This document shows, one piece after another, positions 27,281 through 41,639 of a stretch of 64,000 bases of DNA. The position numbers and the translations under genes were made by a program. Within the stretch, counting starts at the first letter, position 1; every line of letters begins with the position of its first letter. The notes beneath the pieces are model-generated. The model ran no database searches, was not told the origin of the DNA, and saw only the letters and a program-made list of their open reading frames with translations. Origin of the DNA: Octopus vulgaris (Eukaryota); assembly GCA_951406725.2 (NCBI GenBank), contig OX597832.1, forward strand, positions 38,068,001-38,132,000, in the 5' to 3' direction.

Positions 27281-28774
27281 TGACTGTCCCACTGCATTTT
27301 CCTTCATTTTCCTAAGAATCCTTCAAACTCTTTGGTATTTTTTTTTATTTACAAGTTTGACGAATAATTCCTGAGTGACTGAGCGACATGTTGCAGTTGC
27401 TGTTGCTGATGTGTTTAGTGTTGATGCTGTTAATCTTTTCTTTTTGATGTTTTTTTATGCCATAATTATTGTATTTGGGTTTTTTTGTTGTTGATGTTGT
27501 TGCATTTGTTATTAAAGCGATTAAAAGTTTGGTTTTGTTGTGGTGGTGGTGGTGGCGTGGTAGGGTTAGATGCAACATGGACAGATGCATGTTGTAAATA
27601 CATATCTTGCAAACCAATGAGGAGTATCATGATGGTGATGGTGATGATGGTGATGGTGATGGTGATGATGGTGATGGTGATGATAATGATGACGATATCC
27701 TCATTATCATGATGACGGTGAAGAGGAGGAGGATGGCAATCATGATAATGATGATGTTGGTGATTGTGATGATGTAATAACGGTAATGATATAAGTGGTG
27801 CGGATGCTGGCGGCACTGTGGAAGAGGAGCATAAGGACAAACGAGGGTGAACTTAAAGATGGAGATAGAAGAACTGAAAGAGAATGAGTAGAAGAAGAAA
27901 AAGAAGGAAGGAAGGAGGAGGAGGGAAGAAAAGCAAAGAAGAAAAGTAAGATCTTTAAAAAATGTATCTACAACAACAAGCAAAACAAGAATCATATATT
28001 TAAGTATTAAGAGGTATAAGAAAGTTCCATTAGTGGAACTAAGAAAGCAAAAGGTTAGGTTTGCGTTTATATTTAGCCAAACCGGATATGGAACAAAACT
28101 AGTGGAACCTGAATCGTAGAGGTCCTGATGGCCTTTCAGACTGACTCAGAAGATCTCTAATATCATAAAGATAGTTTAAGCATTTCAAAGTTAGATCAAC
28201 TATCGAGGCCGCCACCCCAAACATCCGGTTCTTTCCGAATCGTTTTACCATTCTCTACACTCCGCGTATAGCATTTTTTTTTTTATAATCCACTCGTTCT
28301 ATTTTTCTTTGTATTTTATCTCTCATTGTCTTAATCTCTCTCCCTCTCTCCCTCCCCCCTCTCTCCCTCTCTCCCTCTCTCCCCTCGTCTCTCTCTTTCT
28401 TTCTTTGGTTTTTCCTTACGTTAATGTTAACGAATATTTTCGTTTGTCATTATAGGATTGTTCTTTCTCCTCGGGTCACGGATCCCGAGGAGATCTTAGT
28501 TGTGTGTGTGTGTGTGTGTGTCTTAGTGCATCCACATCTATATTTGTATGTATGTGTGTATATATGTATGTATGCATGTATGTATGTGTGAATGTATGTG
28601 TGTATGTAGGTGCTTTGATAGATAGATTGGTAGGCATATATATGTATATATGTATGTTTATGCATCTATATTAATATATTTATACACATGTAGCTATGCA
28701 TATATGTATATATGTGCACACAACTATTTGTCATTACAAGATGATTCTTTTTTCTCATAAATGTAAATGTATAT

Positions 28775-28914
<140 letters not shown>

Positions 28915-29606
28915 AAGTGTGTGTGTATGTATATATGTATGTATATATGACAAATGATTACCCAGATAAACTACAGTGTGCCTGCCAAATCCTCTTTAGC
29001 TACTTAACTCTATTTTTTCTGTTTAAGTCTGCAAGATAATTGGTCAGATTCTTAACTTAGCAGGATATATTCGCCTCCATATATATAAGTATTACATAAG
29101 ACATACCCTGATGCGCAGCATAGCACAATGCCGCATGTTGATTCGATATTTAGGAGAGAGATATTAATGAAACTGCTATTACATTAGCTACTAATAGGTT
29201 CACTATAACATGATATTAGACAACACATAATCTCATTTCAGACATAAAACAGATTTAAAGCGCACAAAAAATATTTATTTATAATTTTGAAGTATGTTAA
29301 TGTAGTTAAAAAAAAAACATTATTCGCGCGGGTGCACACACACACACACACATACACATATACACATAAATTTGTAGTGCAATATATGGATTCGTAGAAT
29401 CCTGTGGCAATCGCAGAAAGCTCCTCTAGGGGACCCGGCTAGCAGACCACATAGTAATCCAATTCAGAGGAGTATAATTTAGAGTTCTATGCAGCTGGAA
29501 TCGAGGAGATCCGGTCTATGAAATTATTCCATGAAAAGTGTATAGACCATAAGATGTCAGGCGGTATGAGAGGCGAATATACTTATTTAACCGCTTGATA
29601 GCCTTA

Positions 29607-29763
29607 CGATTACAGCTGTTTCGCCGCCTTCATAATGTAATGATAATTTCAGTATATAATAAAATATTTTACGTGCTTGTACCAATATGCATGCTACACT
29701 TTACACAATACAATTGTACATTTTCAAATCAATACAGATATAGAAGGCTAGCTCTTCAGTTCA
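29607..29763 (-). ncRNA. Type I hammerhead motif with ~110 nt helix II insertion
   Basis: Minus strand TGAA-CTGAAGA-GC-TA-GCCTTC-[111 nt]-GAAGGC-G-GC-GAAA-CAGCTG-TA-ATCG; intact core, palindromic ACAGCTGT helix III, weak helix I. Confidence 0.65.
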
Positions 29764-29782
29764 CCTGAACATCATAGTTTCA

Positions 29783-29949
29783 CCAATGCTTCCACACTTC
29801 TTTCAGTTTCCATCTCCGAAATAAACTCACAAAGTTTTGTTGGTGTGGGACTATAGCAAGAAGTCTCTTGCCCAAGATAAGGTACCATGCAGTGGGACTG
29901 AATCCGTAGTTGGGAAGCAAACTTCTTACCGCACAGCAATGCCTAGGCC

Positions 29950-29950
<1 letters not shown>
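29783..29950 (-). mobile_element. SINE family A 5' half, degenerate
   Basis: CTTCTTTCAGTTTCC...TTGCCCAAG...GCAGTGGGACTGAATCC. Confidence 0.7.
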
Positions 29951-30015
<65 letters not shown>

Positions 30016-30019
<4 letters not shown>

Positions 30020-30215
30020 ATCCAAACATGAAAACATAAAGAGAAAACACAACAATGCGAGGACGTGGAACAATTATAGTGTTATTGGACGCTCAGGAAA
30101 GGAAAAAAAGGAGGATGTAACGTTTCGAGCGGAGCTCTTCGTCAGAAACATAGAAAAATGAAAGGTTCAAGGAAGGGAAGACGGAGGAAAAAAATCGCCA
30201 ACGATACCCACGCGG

Positions 30216-30220
<5 letters not shown>
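30016..30220 (-). mobile_element. HHR element family H1, second copy, between (TA)n and (CA)n
   Basis: Colinear with 7265-7473. Confidence 0.8.
30115..30149 (-). ncRNA. Minimal type I hammerhead ribozyme motif with canonical core
   Basis: Minus strand GTTT-CTGACGA-A-GAGC-TCC-GCTC-GAAA-CG-TT-ACAT; helix I partly mismatched. Confidence 0.7.
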
Positions 30221-30294
<74 letters not shown>

Positions 30295-30630
30295 ATGCTT
30301 ATTATGCTCACTGGCTTATATAATGAGGAAATGATTTTGTCCAGCAAATAAGCCAATTTACTAAGTCGTATGACGGATGGTAAGTGACTGCCTTCAAATT
30401 GAAACCGTCGATTATTCTCGTCGTATGGTGAATGGTAAATGCAATTGCCATTTACAGACCACATACTTAAGATAATAGGTATTTGTAGTAAGGAGGAAGA
30501 GGAGGGAGGATAAATAGAAATAGAGAGAGGAATGCTGGGAAACGGGGAAGACGTGTTAGGTCAAGATCAAATGTATGTTGGTAAATTGTGAAAACAGGGA
30601 AACACACACAGGGGGAGAAGATTGAGAGAA

Positions 30631-30788
<158 letters not shown>

Positions 30789-31370
30789 GTGGATAGTTAT
30801 CCATAAATATGGACTTACTCTGCATGCTAATGACTACATGCGTATACAGGCATATGTGTATATGTTTCGCTGTTTATTAGGCTGTTTTTGTCTGCTAATA
30901 TATATGAATATCTTTTGTTAAACTGAAAGTGACTTTGTCTAATTTCGTGTGGATACGAAGAGCGAGAGCAAAAGACAGATAAGAGAGAGAGTGAGAGGGA
31001 GGGAGGGAGAGGCAGAGAGAGAGAGTGAAACAGAGAGAATCACAATAAGAAAGTCACTAAAACAGATGGAGAAGGTAAAAGCAAGATGGAAGCGACGTCG
31101 GGGGGGGGGGGAGGGGTAGACTTAGATTTCTCTTTCTCGGTTCTTTGCTGTCCGCCGCCACAGGAGATCGAACCGAGCAGGCTGCCAGTCAACACAAAAT
31201 AATGGGACTCTAATTATTCCAAATGGACATTCCACTAACTTAAAACGATTCCTTATGTGTCTTTTGGTTCCTTGTTTAAATCATCCCTTTACTTTTCCTT
31301 TTCCATATGCATTCGGAAATAGAATCACACACACACACACGCACATACATACATATATACATACATACAC

Positions 31371-31403
<33 letters not shown>

Positions 31404-31639
31404 CATACATACACACATACATACATACACATGCATGCAAGCATACGTACATACATGCATACATACATACATGTACATACACGCATGCAAACACGTATAC
31501 TTATATGTATGTATGTATTATGTATGTATGTATGATTGTATATTCTGTAAAAAGGTCTTATGTTTTCAATCCTATCCACTAATGCGAACACTTTTAATGG
31601 AACAAATTCTCAAAATATGCCATAAAATTAACGTAGTGT

Positions 31640-31701
<62 letters not shown>

Positions 31702-31702
31702 G

Positions 31703-31779
<77 letters not shown>

Positions 31780-32659
31780 ATGTATGTATATATGTGTGTG
31801 TTTGTGTGTGCATGTGTGTATGTATTTATGTATATATATATATATATATATTATACGTATGGAGGTAGGTATGTAGATAGATACACACACACATACATAT
31901 ATACATAGACACGTAAATCCATTTTTTTTGTATGTAGAACCAATGATTACATACACAATAATGCACAGAAGCCCAACTACAAAGATGCACATACATGTAA
32001 ACAAGCATGTATACACACATATACATACACCCAAATCATACATGTATACATATAAACACACACACACATATATATATGTATGTGTGCATACACATACGTA
32101 CAAATTCTCAATGGCATCACCATATAGATATGTAAATAAATAGATGAAGAAGTAGAAGCAAAAAAACTAAAGACCCACATCAAATGGGAAGTGGATGCGA
32201 AGGAAAATGAAAACATAAATTAAATCCATTTATTTACAAAGAAAGGCATAACTAATGACATCGCTTTGTTTCGTCTTAGATGTCGGCGCTCTGGGAGACC
32301 CTGGGATACCTGCCTCATCAAACAAACCAACATTTTCAAAACATCTTTTACATATGAAGAGTTTAAATTTTCAAAACACACACACACACACACACACATA
32401 CACACACGCACACACACACACGCGTATCCACGCGCACGCACGCGCACACAGGAATGCACACGTGCGCGCACGCATACTTACGAGTATGTGATTTGAGCAT
32501 TGTCAGATCTTTCTAGAAACGAGTACCTGTGCTTTTTTTTTCATATCCTACCCCCACCTCTCGCTCTTTTTCTTCGCTTGTCCGTTTGTCGTCTGCCTGT
32601 GTATTTGTCTGTCTGTCTGTCAGTCTATCTCACTTTCTCTCTCTCTCTCTCTCCATATA

Positions 32660-33300
<641 letters not shown>

Positions 33301-34070
33301 CAGCTTGCAATCCGTTATTCAGTATTTTCAGAATTTCAATGTCTTTATCCATGGAATTCTTCACATTGTGTCAGTTGACATAACAACTCCTCTCTCAACT
33401 TAAATATTACATATTTAACAAAAATTTAGAGTTCTTTTATTTTGTTCGTATTTGACCGTGTACGAACATTACTGACGCCCTACAGTCAGCCGTCCGTCCG
33501 TCCGTTCCATCCATCCAGCCACCCATGGATGTATATAGATATATAAATGAATTAGTGAAAGTTATCGAAGTGAAAAGAACTGCCAAATCCGAGGATATCC
33601 TATAAAAGCTGCCTTTGCACTTTTTGCAATATTTTGGGGGAAATCGCAAATGACTATAAGCTTATTCTCTTGTGACTCCTTCACTTTTTCTGAATTTACT
33701 CTGCCAAACTCTCAACTTTGACCAGTTTGGAATATTTTCAAGAGAAAGTTTAATATTCTGGTTGTGTATGAAGAAGACTGTGAGAACAAATTTAGCAATT
33801 TATGGCAAAAAATTTACCCTTTTGCCAAGTTATAACAAAAAGTTAGTGAAATATTTAAAATGTTTACAGTTGGATAGATAGACAAATATAACAAAAAAAT
33901 TTGACAAAAATTGTGAATTTTTAATTATTTTCTGAGATTTTACAAAAGCAACAAAAATATTAAAAAATTTGAAACAAATATTTTAATAGATCAAGACATC
34001 AAAGACTATACACGATTCGTAGCTACTCTCGATTCCTCTGCAGATAATATTTATCTTCCTTCTGTTATTG

Positions 34071-34290
34071 ATTTATTGATTTTCAACTTTGGCACAAAGC
34101 CAGCAATTTCAGTAGAGTTTGTAAGTCGATTACATCGACCCCAGCGCTTGACTGATACTTACTTTATCGACACCGAAATGATGAAAGGCAAAGTCGACCT
34201 CAGCGGAACTCAAACTTAGAACGTAAAGACGGACGAAATGCTGCCAAGCATTTTGTCCGGCATGCTAACGATTCTGCCAGCTCACCGCCG
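34071..34290 (-). mobile_element. SINE family B (tail type 2) with 17 bp TSD
   Basis: TCTTCCTTCTGTTATTG (34054-34070) and TCTTTCTTCTGTTATTG (34291-34307) flank the element. Confidence 0.88.
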
Positions 34291-35666
34291 TCTTTCTTCT
34301 GTTATTGCTAAAACAATACTGTGATTCAGGTAACAACAAATTGGTGGCAGGGCTCCTGAGTCTCTGAAATAAAATCCTTCCCAGGATCTCACCAGTATCA
34401 GAAATGATTGACAAACGCCTACAATCGCCTTCTCTGTAGAATGCGGATTAAACACATTCCATTAATGCGAACTTTGTGGTGCTTACTGCTGACTTGTGAT
34501 GTCACGTGGAACCACGTGCAGGAGGGATCCGGCTCTCGTGAGATTTCACTGTGAAGATCGCCTCCATACGTTCCTTTAATAAACGTAGGGGAGCTGCTTT
34601 CCTCAGCTGCCCTTGGCAACAAAGGCTGAGTGGCGGACAACACTAAAATAATGGAAGGCAGACATTATCCTCTCTCGTCAAGCCCTCATCGATGATTTCT
34701 AGTTCCTCTTCTAAAGGTAAGCGAGGACGGAGACGAAACTGTTCCCCTCCAGTAAATTCGTCACAAAAGGTAGATGACTGGCAAGATGGTTAGGGTAGAT
34801 GGAAGCTGAATGAAACAGGCCTGATGTTACAAGAGACGGGAGAACGATAGGATGTTGATGAAGACAACTTACAATAGCATCAAACATCCAGACGGAGGAG
34901 GAGGTTTATTGCATCGGCAACAGAAAACACCAAGTTTCTTTGGTAACACCAAGTTTTAATAAGAGCAGTAGCAAGCGGACTACAGACGGAAATCAGGCAG
35001 TGAGAACTCTTTCACTACCGTCACACCGATGTCCCCAGATCTTTGTACAACAAGCAAATTTCTGATTAAAATAAAATAAAATAAAATAAAATAAAAGGTT
35101 CTATATGACCACAAATCTAGTGCAGATCTGCGAGCAAATGGGCTCCAATTACATGCTTCCTGCGGAAGACGGGATATTTTAATAAAAATCGAAAACAATA
35201 CTGCGATAAATATGTGTAAACTATGACCACGATGTGGGACTTCCCTTGACCACTCCAACCCTGAGAGTTTCTCACGGGCATTTTTGAAATAAGAAATGGA
35301 ATGAACTGCGAAACCAGAGGGAGAAAAAAGTGACATTGAAAGAGAATGAGAGACGTGGGGAGTCCTGATGCAATTCAGGTGACGTTTTCTCACCGTGTGT
35401 GTGGGGGGGTAAGTTTACCAAAACTATGTTTCACATTATTTATTTATTTATTTAAATATATTTTGCTTTAATGACTAGAGGATATATATAATCTTGAAGC
35501 GTTCTGTTTTAAACATAAACTCAAACTTTAAAATCATCTTTCTAAAAACTCCACTCTATTTACTTTCCTTTTTAAATAACTGTGTCTTGTCCGTCTCCCC
35601 ACAATACTACAATCTCCCATGTTCTAAAGCTTTACTTGGGATTTATGAGTGAATGAACAGTCGTAG

Positions 35667-35705
<39 letters not shown>

Positions 35706-36154
35706 GTATTTCACGCCGCCATTCATCTAACAAGTATCAATTAGCAAAGAATCAACGTAAAAGTAAGTACTGTAACGGCCATATTGTAATTGTAGTAGTA
35801 GCAGGAGTATTTTTTTAAGAGTGTCTCTTTTTTTTCTTCTTCTCCTTCCTCTCCCCGCTCCTTTGCTCCCCTCTACTCTTGCATCATTTTGTTAACACTG
35901 TTATCATTTGTTATTCTTCTTTCTTTCTTTCTTTCTCTTTTTCTTATCCGCGATTCCAATTGTTATGTACTGCTCGGTTTTCGTAAGTGCGTACTTGGTC
36001 GTTACAGTTTAAAGACACTACAAATACAGTGTTTCGAACGACACTACAATACAGTTTAAAGACGCTACAATAACATGCAGATGGTAATTGGCGTGGCCGT
36101 GTACCTTTATCATCACCCTCATTATTATTATTATTATTATTATTACCATTATCA

Positions 36155-36258
<104 letters not shown>

Positions 36259-36559
36259 GTTGTTGTTATTATTATTTTCGTTCTGTCGTTGGGGGAAGAA
36301 CGGGGCACAAAGCGTGTCAGAGGCTCCTCTACCCACAGAGCTTCGTTTCGCCTGACAATGCCACATGAACAATTAGCAACATAACTTCAATAGATACTCG
36401 AAAAGCCATGTTGCTAATAACTAACAAACTGACCTGTCATACAACCAACCGCAACGTCTGTCCTTTCAGACAGCCTGCCATTCAAAAACACATCCCGGCC
36501 TCTCACTCGCACTCACTCTTTCACACTCTTTCTCCCCATCTCTCTCATACTCTCTGTCC

Positions 36560-36597
<38 letters not shown>

Positions 36598-36937
36598 CTT
36601 TCTGTCTCTCCGCCCCCACCTCTCTCTTTCTGTTTCTAATTCTATTTTTCTTCATCTTTCGTTCTTGCTTATTCTGGCTCACTTGCTCTCTCTCACATAT
36701 TCTCGTCCTCTCACTTTTTCTGCCTGCCTCTGTCCTTCTCTCTCTCTCTTTCTCTTCCCCCCTCTCTCCCACTCTCTCTATCTCTCCATCTACTTTTCAT
36801 TTTTGCTTCCTCTTTTTTCTTGTCTCTTTGTTCCCCTCTCTCTCTGTTTCTTCTCTTCTCTCTGTTTCTTTTCTTTATAACTTTCGATTTTTTAGTGGGT
36901 GTGCCGTCCTGTTATAGTGACTTGGTTTAAGGTGTAT

Positions 36938-36985
<48 letters not shown>

Positions 36986-37137
36986 GTACATACTAATCAT
37001 CAATAGTAGAAAGACAGCGTGCTTTTTAAGTAAATTGCCATGCGTACATTCAGTAAACATTTCCTTAGCCTCGCTATGAAAATAGAGCACATGGTCAAAG
37101 CTCAGGACTCTCTGCGCAGGACAAATTAAGGAACAAC

Positions 37138-37158
37138 ACGACTAGTTTCACCTTGCCA

Positions 37159-37210
<52 letters not shown>

Positions 37211-37231
37211 TGGCAAGGTGAAACTAGTCGT
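37138..37231. repeat. Perfect palindrome with 23 bp unique arms around (TA)n; arms contain the HHR 3' half GAAACTAGTC
   Basis: ACGACTAGTTTCACCTTGCCAGT-(AT)n-ACTGGCAAGGTGAAACTAGTCGT. Confidence 0.9.
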
Positions 37232-37240
37232 ATATATATA

Positions 37241-37412
37241 GGGAGAGTTTACAAAAAAAAAAACAAAGGACGAAGACAGGTTGTGTACAAAACCAACAGA
37301 TGTATTATTATAACGCTCAGGAATAGAAACAGTCTTTTATGTTTCGAGCCTACGCTCTTCTACAGAAAGGGACACAGAAAAAAAAAACAAGGAGAGAAAC
37401 AAGGAGAGAAAA

Positions 37413-37416
<4 letters not shown>
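37241..37416 (-). mobile_element. HHR-like element family H2 copy between TA repeats
   Basis: Minus strand CTTT-CTGTAGA-A-GAGC-GTAG-GCTC-GAAA-CA-TA-AAAG at 37334-37369; colinear with the copy at 13644-13844. Confidence 0.75.
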
Positions 37417-37483
<67 letters not shown>

Positions 37484-38438
37484 AGAAGAGAGAGAGAGAG
37501 AGAGAGAGAGATACATGTATGCATATATATTCATATATATATCCATGTATATTTATATTTACACACCCCACACATGTTGTTTTTATGTCAAGTTATATAT
37601 AAAAACAATTTAAGGATCTTTGCCTTTGGGCCGACAGATTAAAAAAATAATTTTTTCAAACTAAACACTTTCAGACTTTGGACACTGGTAGAATGTGTCA
37701 TATTAAACATCTTTTACTCTTAGCATTTTTGAGAAAAGCTTATATTTACAAAGTTATTTCACGTTAAAGTTGTTCTATTTCGGTAATGCCAACCAATCAA
37801 TGACGTGTAATCAGCTGAATAAAATTACTGCTGTTATTTGTCAACAAGAACTTCCGGCGGTGCATAAATAAATAAATAAATAAATAATTAAATAAATAAA
37901 TAAATAAATAAATAAAAAGGTCTTGGGGTCGATTTGTTCGAGTAAAATAAAAACCCTGAAGGTGTCGCCCCAGCATAGCTGCAGTCAAAATGACTGAAAG
38001 AAGAAAGAGATAAGAGATATCAGTTAAATGAATGAAAATAGCAAATCAATGAAAAATGATTTAGAAGGAGTTGTTGAATCATCAAAGGAATATGGGTGTC
38101 CAGGGCATCTTGGAGAAATGTTTGCAAACGGAGTATCTATTTGAATCAAGCTTTGTCAATGGGCAGGTGTAAATTGTACGGAAGACAGATGGGTGGACGG
38201 TACCCGTAATTTGAGAACCCAGTCTTGTCAAACACTTTGTCATTCTTATTCTGCACCCGGGTTACGTTAAGGGTGCAAGACTGTGGAATACTCAACCGCT
38301 TGTGTGTATGTGTGTGTGTGTGTGTTGAGTTTGTGTGTGTGTGTGTGTGTGTGAGCGAGTGAGCGTGTGAGTTCATAGTAACTGAGGTGAGATATATTTC
38401 AGGTTGTTGAAGGTGTTTGTAAGGTGTATATCAGGTAA

Positions 38439-38690
38439 GGGGAATCTTTTTATAGCTGAAGGCTGCTTGAAATTGTATGTGTTGGGGGGCGGGGTACCCG
38501 ATTTCATATATACGAATGCGATATTGAATTACATGTAATGGGACGGGGAACCATTTTATATCTGACGGCTGCATTGAATTACGCGTAGAAAGGCGGGGAA
38601 CCGATGCACATATGAAGATAGTATTGAATTACGTGTAATGGGGCGGGGAACCATTTTTATACATGAGGGTGGCATTGGATTATGTATAAT
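38439..38690. repeat. Degenerate minisatellite, five units of ~50-55 bp
   Basis: GGGGAACC...ATTGAATTAC recurring near 38439, 38491, 38545, 38595 and 38645. Confidence 0.7.
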
Positions 38691-39049
38691 CCTATAAATC
38701 CACATTAAAGAAAATCTCATTAAATATACACAAAAATGTAATTACATTCATTGTGAAAATGTAATTAAAGCTCTTAAACTAAGATATGAAAATGTAAACT
38801 GACCTTTTATTAACTAAATATATATTTATGAAATAACAGTAATATTTATGGAATCAACAAAATATATTATTTTATATCCTGACACCAGACTTCTTCCATA
38901 TGGTGGTACTTAAGAGCCTCAAAGGACCCAAGTCCCCTCCCATCGTGTACACAATTGTTGCCGATAGTGGTAAGTCTCTTGGTTCTCAGCCATTGGAAGA
39001 ATGTAGGTTTGTTTTCGAAAATGTTTGCATTTTACAAGTTCCCGTGTCA

Positions 39050-39215
39050 GTGCAGTCATGGTTGTGTGGTTAAGAAGTTCACTTTGAAATCACGCGATTT
39101 TGGGTTCAGTCCCACTGTGCAGCAACTTGGACAAGTGTGATCAGATATTATCCTGGGCCGTTCAATGCCTTAGGAGAGAATAATTTTGGTAGACGGAACC
39201 GGAAAGTGGCCAGTC
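39050..39215 (+). mobile_element. SINE family A 5' half, old copy
   Basis: TGGTTGTGTGGTTAAG...GGGTTCAGTCCCACTG...TTTGGTAGACGGAA. Confidence 0.65.
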
Positions 39216-40670
39216 GTACATATATATATATATATATATATATATTACATTTTAAAACTGATGTAATACTTACAGTGTTTAATAAAATGAAGGGTTTACA
39301 GCCGTTCAAACCCTATTTTGATTACGTGATATTACAGGATACTAAAAGGACACGGAATTGGTAGAATTGTTACAGCATTGGATAGAAACCTCATGACATT
39401 TTTTTTCGGAACACTGCTTCCCGAGATCATATTCCGCTGAGGTCAACTTTTTCTTTAATCGTTTTGAGATCGATAAATAAAGGAAGAGTCCAGTATGTAG
39501 GTTCGATATTACTCTTTCTCTCTTTTCATATATTTTCTCTTATTTTCCCTCTCCCTTTCTATCCTTTCCCCTCGTCTCAATCTCTCTCCTTCTCCATCTC
39601 TCCCCTTACTCTTCTCTCTTCTCCCACCGTTTTCTCGGGACTGTGCAATTCAAAGGTCGAACAACGGCATATTATCACGCTGATTCAACACTAGAGAAAA
39701 AAAAAAAAGAAAAAATGTAAAAGCTTGCATATATCCGTGGAATACTCACCCACTTACAAGTTTATTTCATGACAAGGGACTCAGTTGGTCAAACAAATGA
39801 GCGCGCATCGTCAAAACTGACGGATGGAGAATCCAAGACCATAAGCCTGAAATATTTATAAAATAGACTCGTCTAAAACAAAAGTGACCAGCAAGAATTC
39901 GGAAGAAGTTAATTTGTAAAAGAAAGGCAAGTATGTAAGGGACTGGGTGACTCAGTGCAACGAGGCTCAGTAGTATAATTTTTTAATGTTTCAATTGACT
40001 GCGACCAAGCTGGAGCATCGCCCTGAAGGGTTTCAGAAAAGAAATCAACCTGAGTACTAATTTTCGAGTCTGGGACTTATTCTACTTATAGAAATTGTAG
40101 AAATACGCTTAAAAATAAAAACATAGCACTGCTAACACAAAAGGCATAATATTATCTATTTAATACACTTGGTAATATATTATGGTTGCAAAACGAAATA
40201 TGGTATCCTTCCTACTTTCATAAGTGTTGTGGACGAAGTCTAATAAGACCGAAAAATGCCTGGATTTTCTCCAGTACTTGACGAAATAATTGAAATAATA
40301 TTAGTTATTGAACCTCATAAGAAGTTAAAATTATATTTTTGATGCTAACTACATCGAGTATGGTAAGAGCCAGCTTATTGAAAGATAGACAAGATAGGAG
40401 AGAAGAGACTGTAGAACATGTGAGAGCAGTACAGAGTAAGAAAAGGTAGAAAAGGTAGTGTTTGAAGAAAGAAAGAAAGAGAGAGAGAGAGGGAGAGAGA
40501 GAGAGAGGGAGGTGAGAGAAAGGGAGTGGAGAAGTTGGAGGAGCAAATGGTTTTAGTTTCCGTTGAATCTATTGGAAGAGTTAATATTTGATGAGCGTCT
40601 TGAGGCATGACAGATTAACGAGAACCAAAACAGCTTTCACTTCCACCCACATCTCCCTCTCCATCTCTCA

Positions 40671-40709
<39 letters not shown>

Positions 40710-40807
40710 TTTACTTCCCTGTCTTTCAAACTCACTCTCTCTTCATAAAATATGGCGCCTCTTTGCCTTTCTCTCACGCTTCCTCCTTCTTTTCTTCTCC
40801 TCTTCTC

Positions 40808-40876
<69 letters not shown>

Positions 40877-41174
40877 CTATATTGATATATGTTTAAGTGT
40901 TCGGATCTTGGGTCTACGACAGGTCGGGTGGCGGTTGCGGTCTGTGAGATAGAGATGATGGAAATGGCTGGCTAGAATGGATGGATGGATGAAGGCTCAC
41001 GTTGGTGATAGCGGTAGTGGTGGTGGTGGTGGTGGTGGTGGTGTTAGAAGTGCAGTTCGTACTGGTAGCGGAGAGGGAACAAAATTGGTGTGGATGAGAG
41101 GCAAAGTTAGGGAATCTCTAAAAAAAGTTAACGAGATTTGAGAATAAAGATAACGAAGAGAAGAAAATAGATAG

Positions 41175-41219
<45 letters not shown>

Positions 41220-41437
41220 TTTCGGTACGAAAAGGTAACACACTTACTCGCCTTGACAAAGGGATAGGGATGTGGTTTCGTCTCCCACACGGATAGGAAG
41301 GGCTTTTTTTGTCGAGTGCTTATATGCCCCTTTATTAGACGATTTTTCTTAGTCATTGCACGGTGATCGCCTTAAGTTTAAGCTTATATAAAAATACCAT
41401 TATTATTATTTACAGGATGTATTATTTATATTATTCT

Positions 41438-41474
<37 letters not shown>

Positions 41475-41480
41475 CATACA

Positions 41481-41528
<48 letters not shown>

Positions 41529-41639
41529 CATACATACATACATGCATACATACGTCATACATACATATATACGTACGTCATGCATACATACATACATTCA
41601 TATATACATACGTATGTACATACATACATACATACATAC

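Noticed and set aside
28950-29560. Possible second Penelope GIY-YIG relic on the plus strand
   Set aside because: Only fragments such as IRQHIISF; not enough evidence
34400-34950. GC-richer island, possible LINE 5' end with an HDV-like ribozyme near 34588-34640
   Set aside because: I could not build the nested double pseudoknot or find convincing protein motifs
41218-41400. TA-flanked segment with GACGAAACC on the minus strand
   Set aside because: The upstream core would need two substitutions (CTAATAA) and the helices do not pair convincingly
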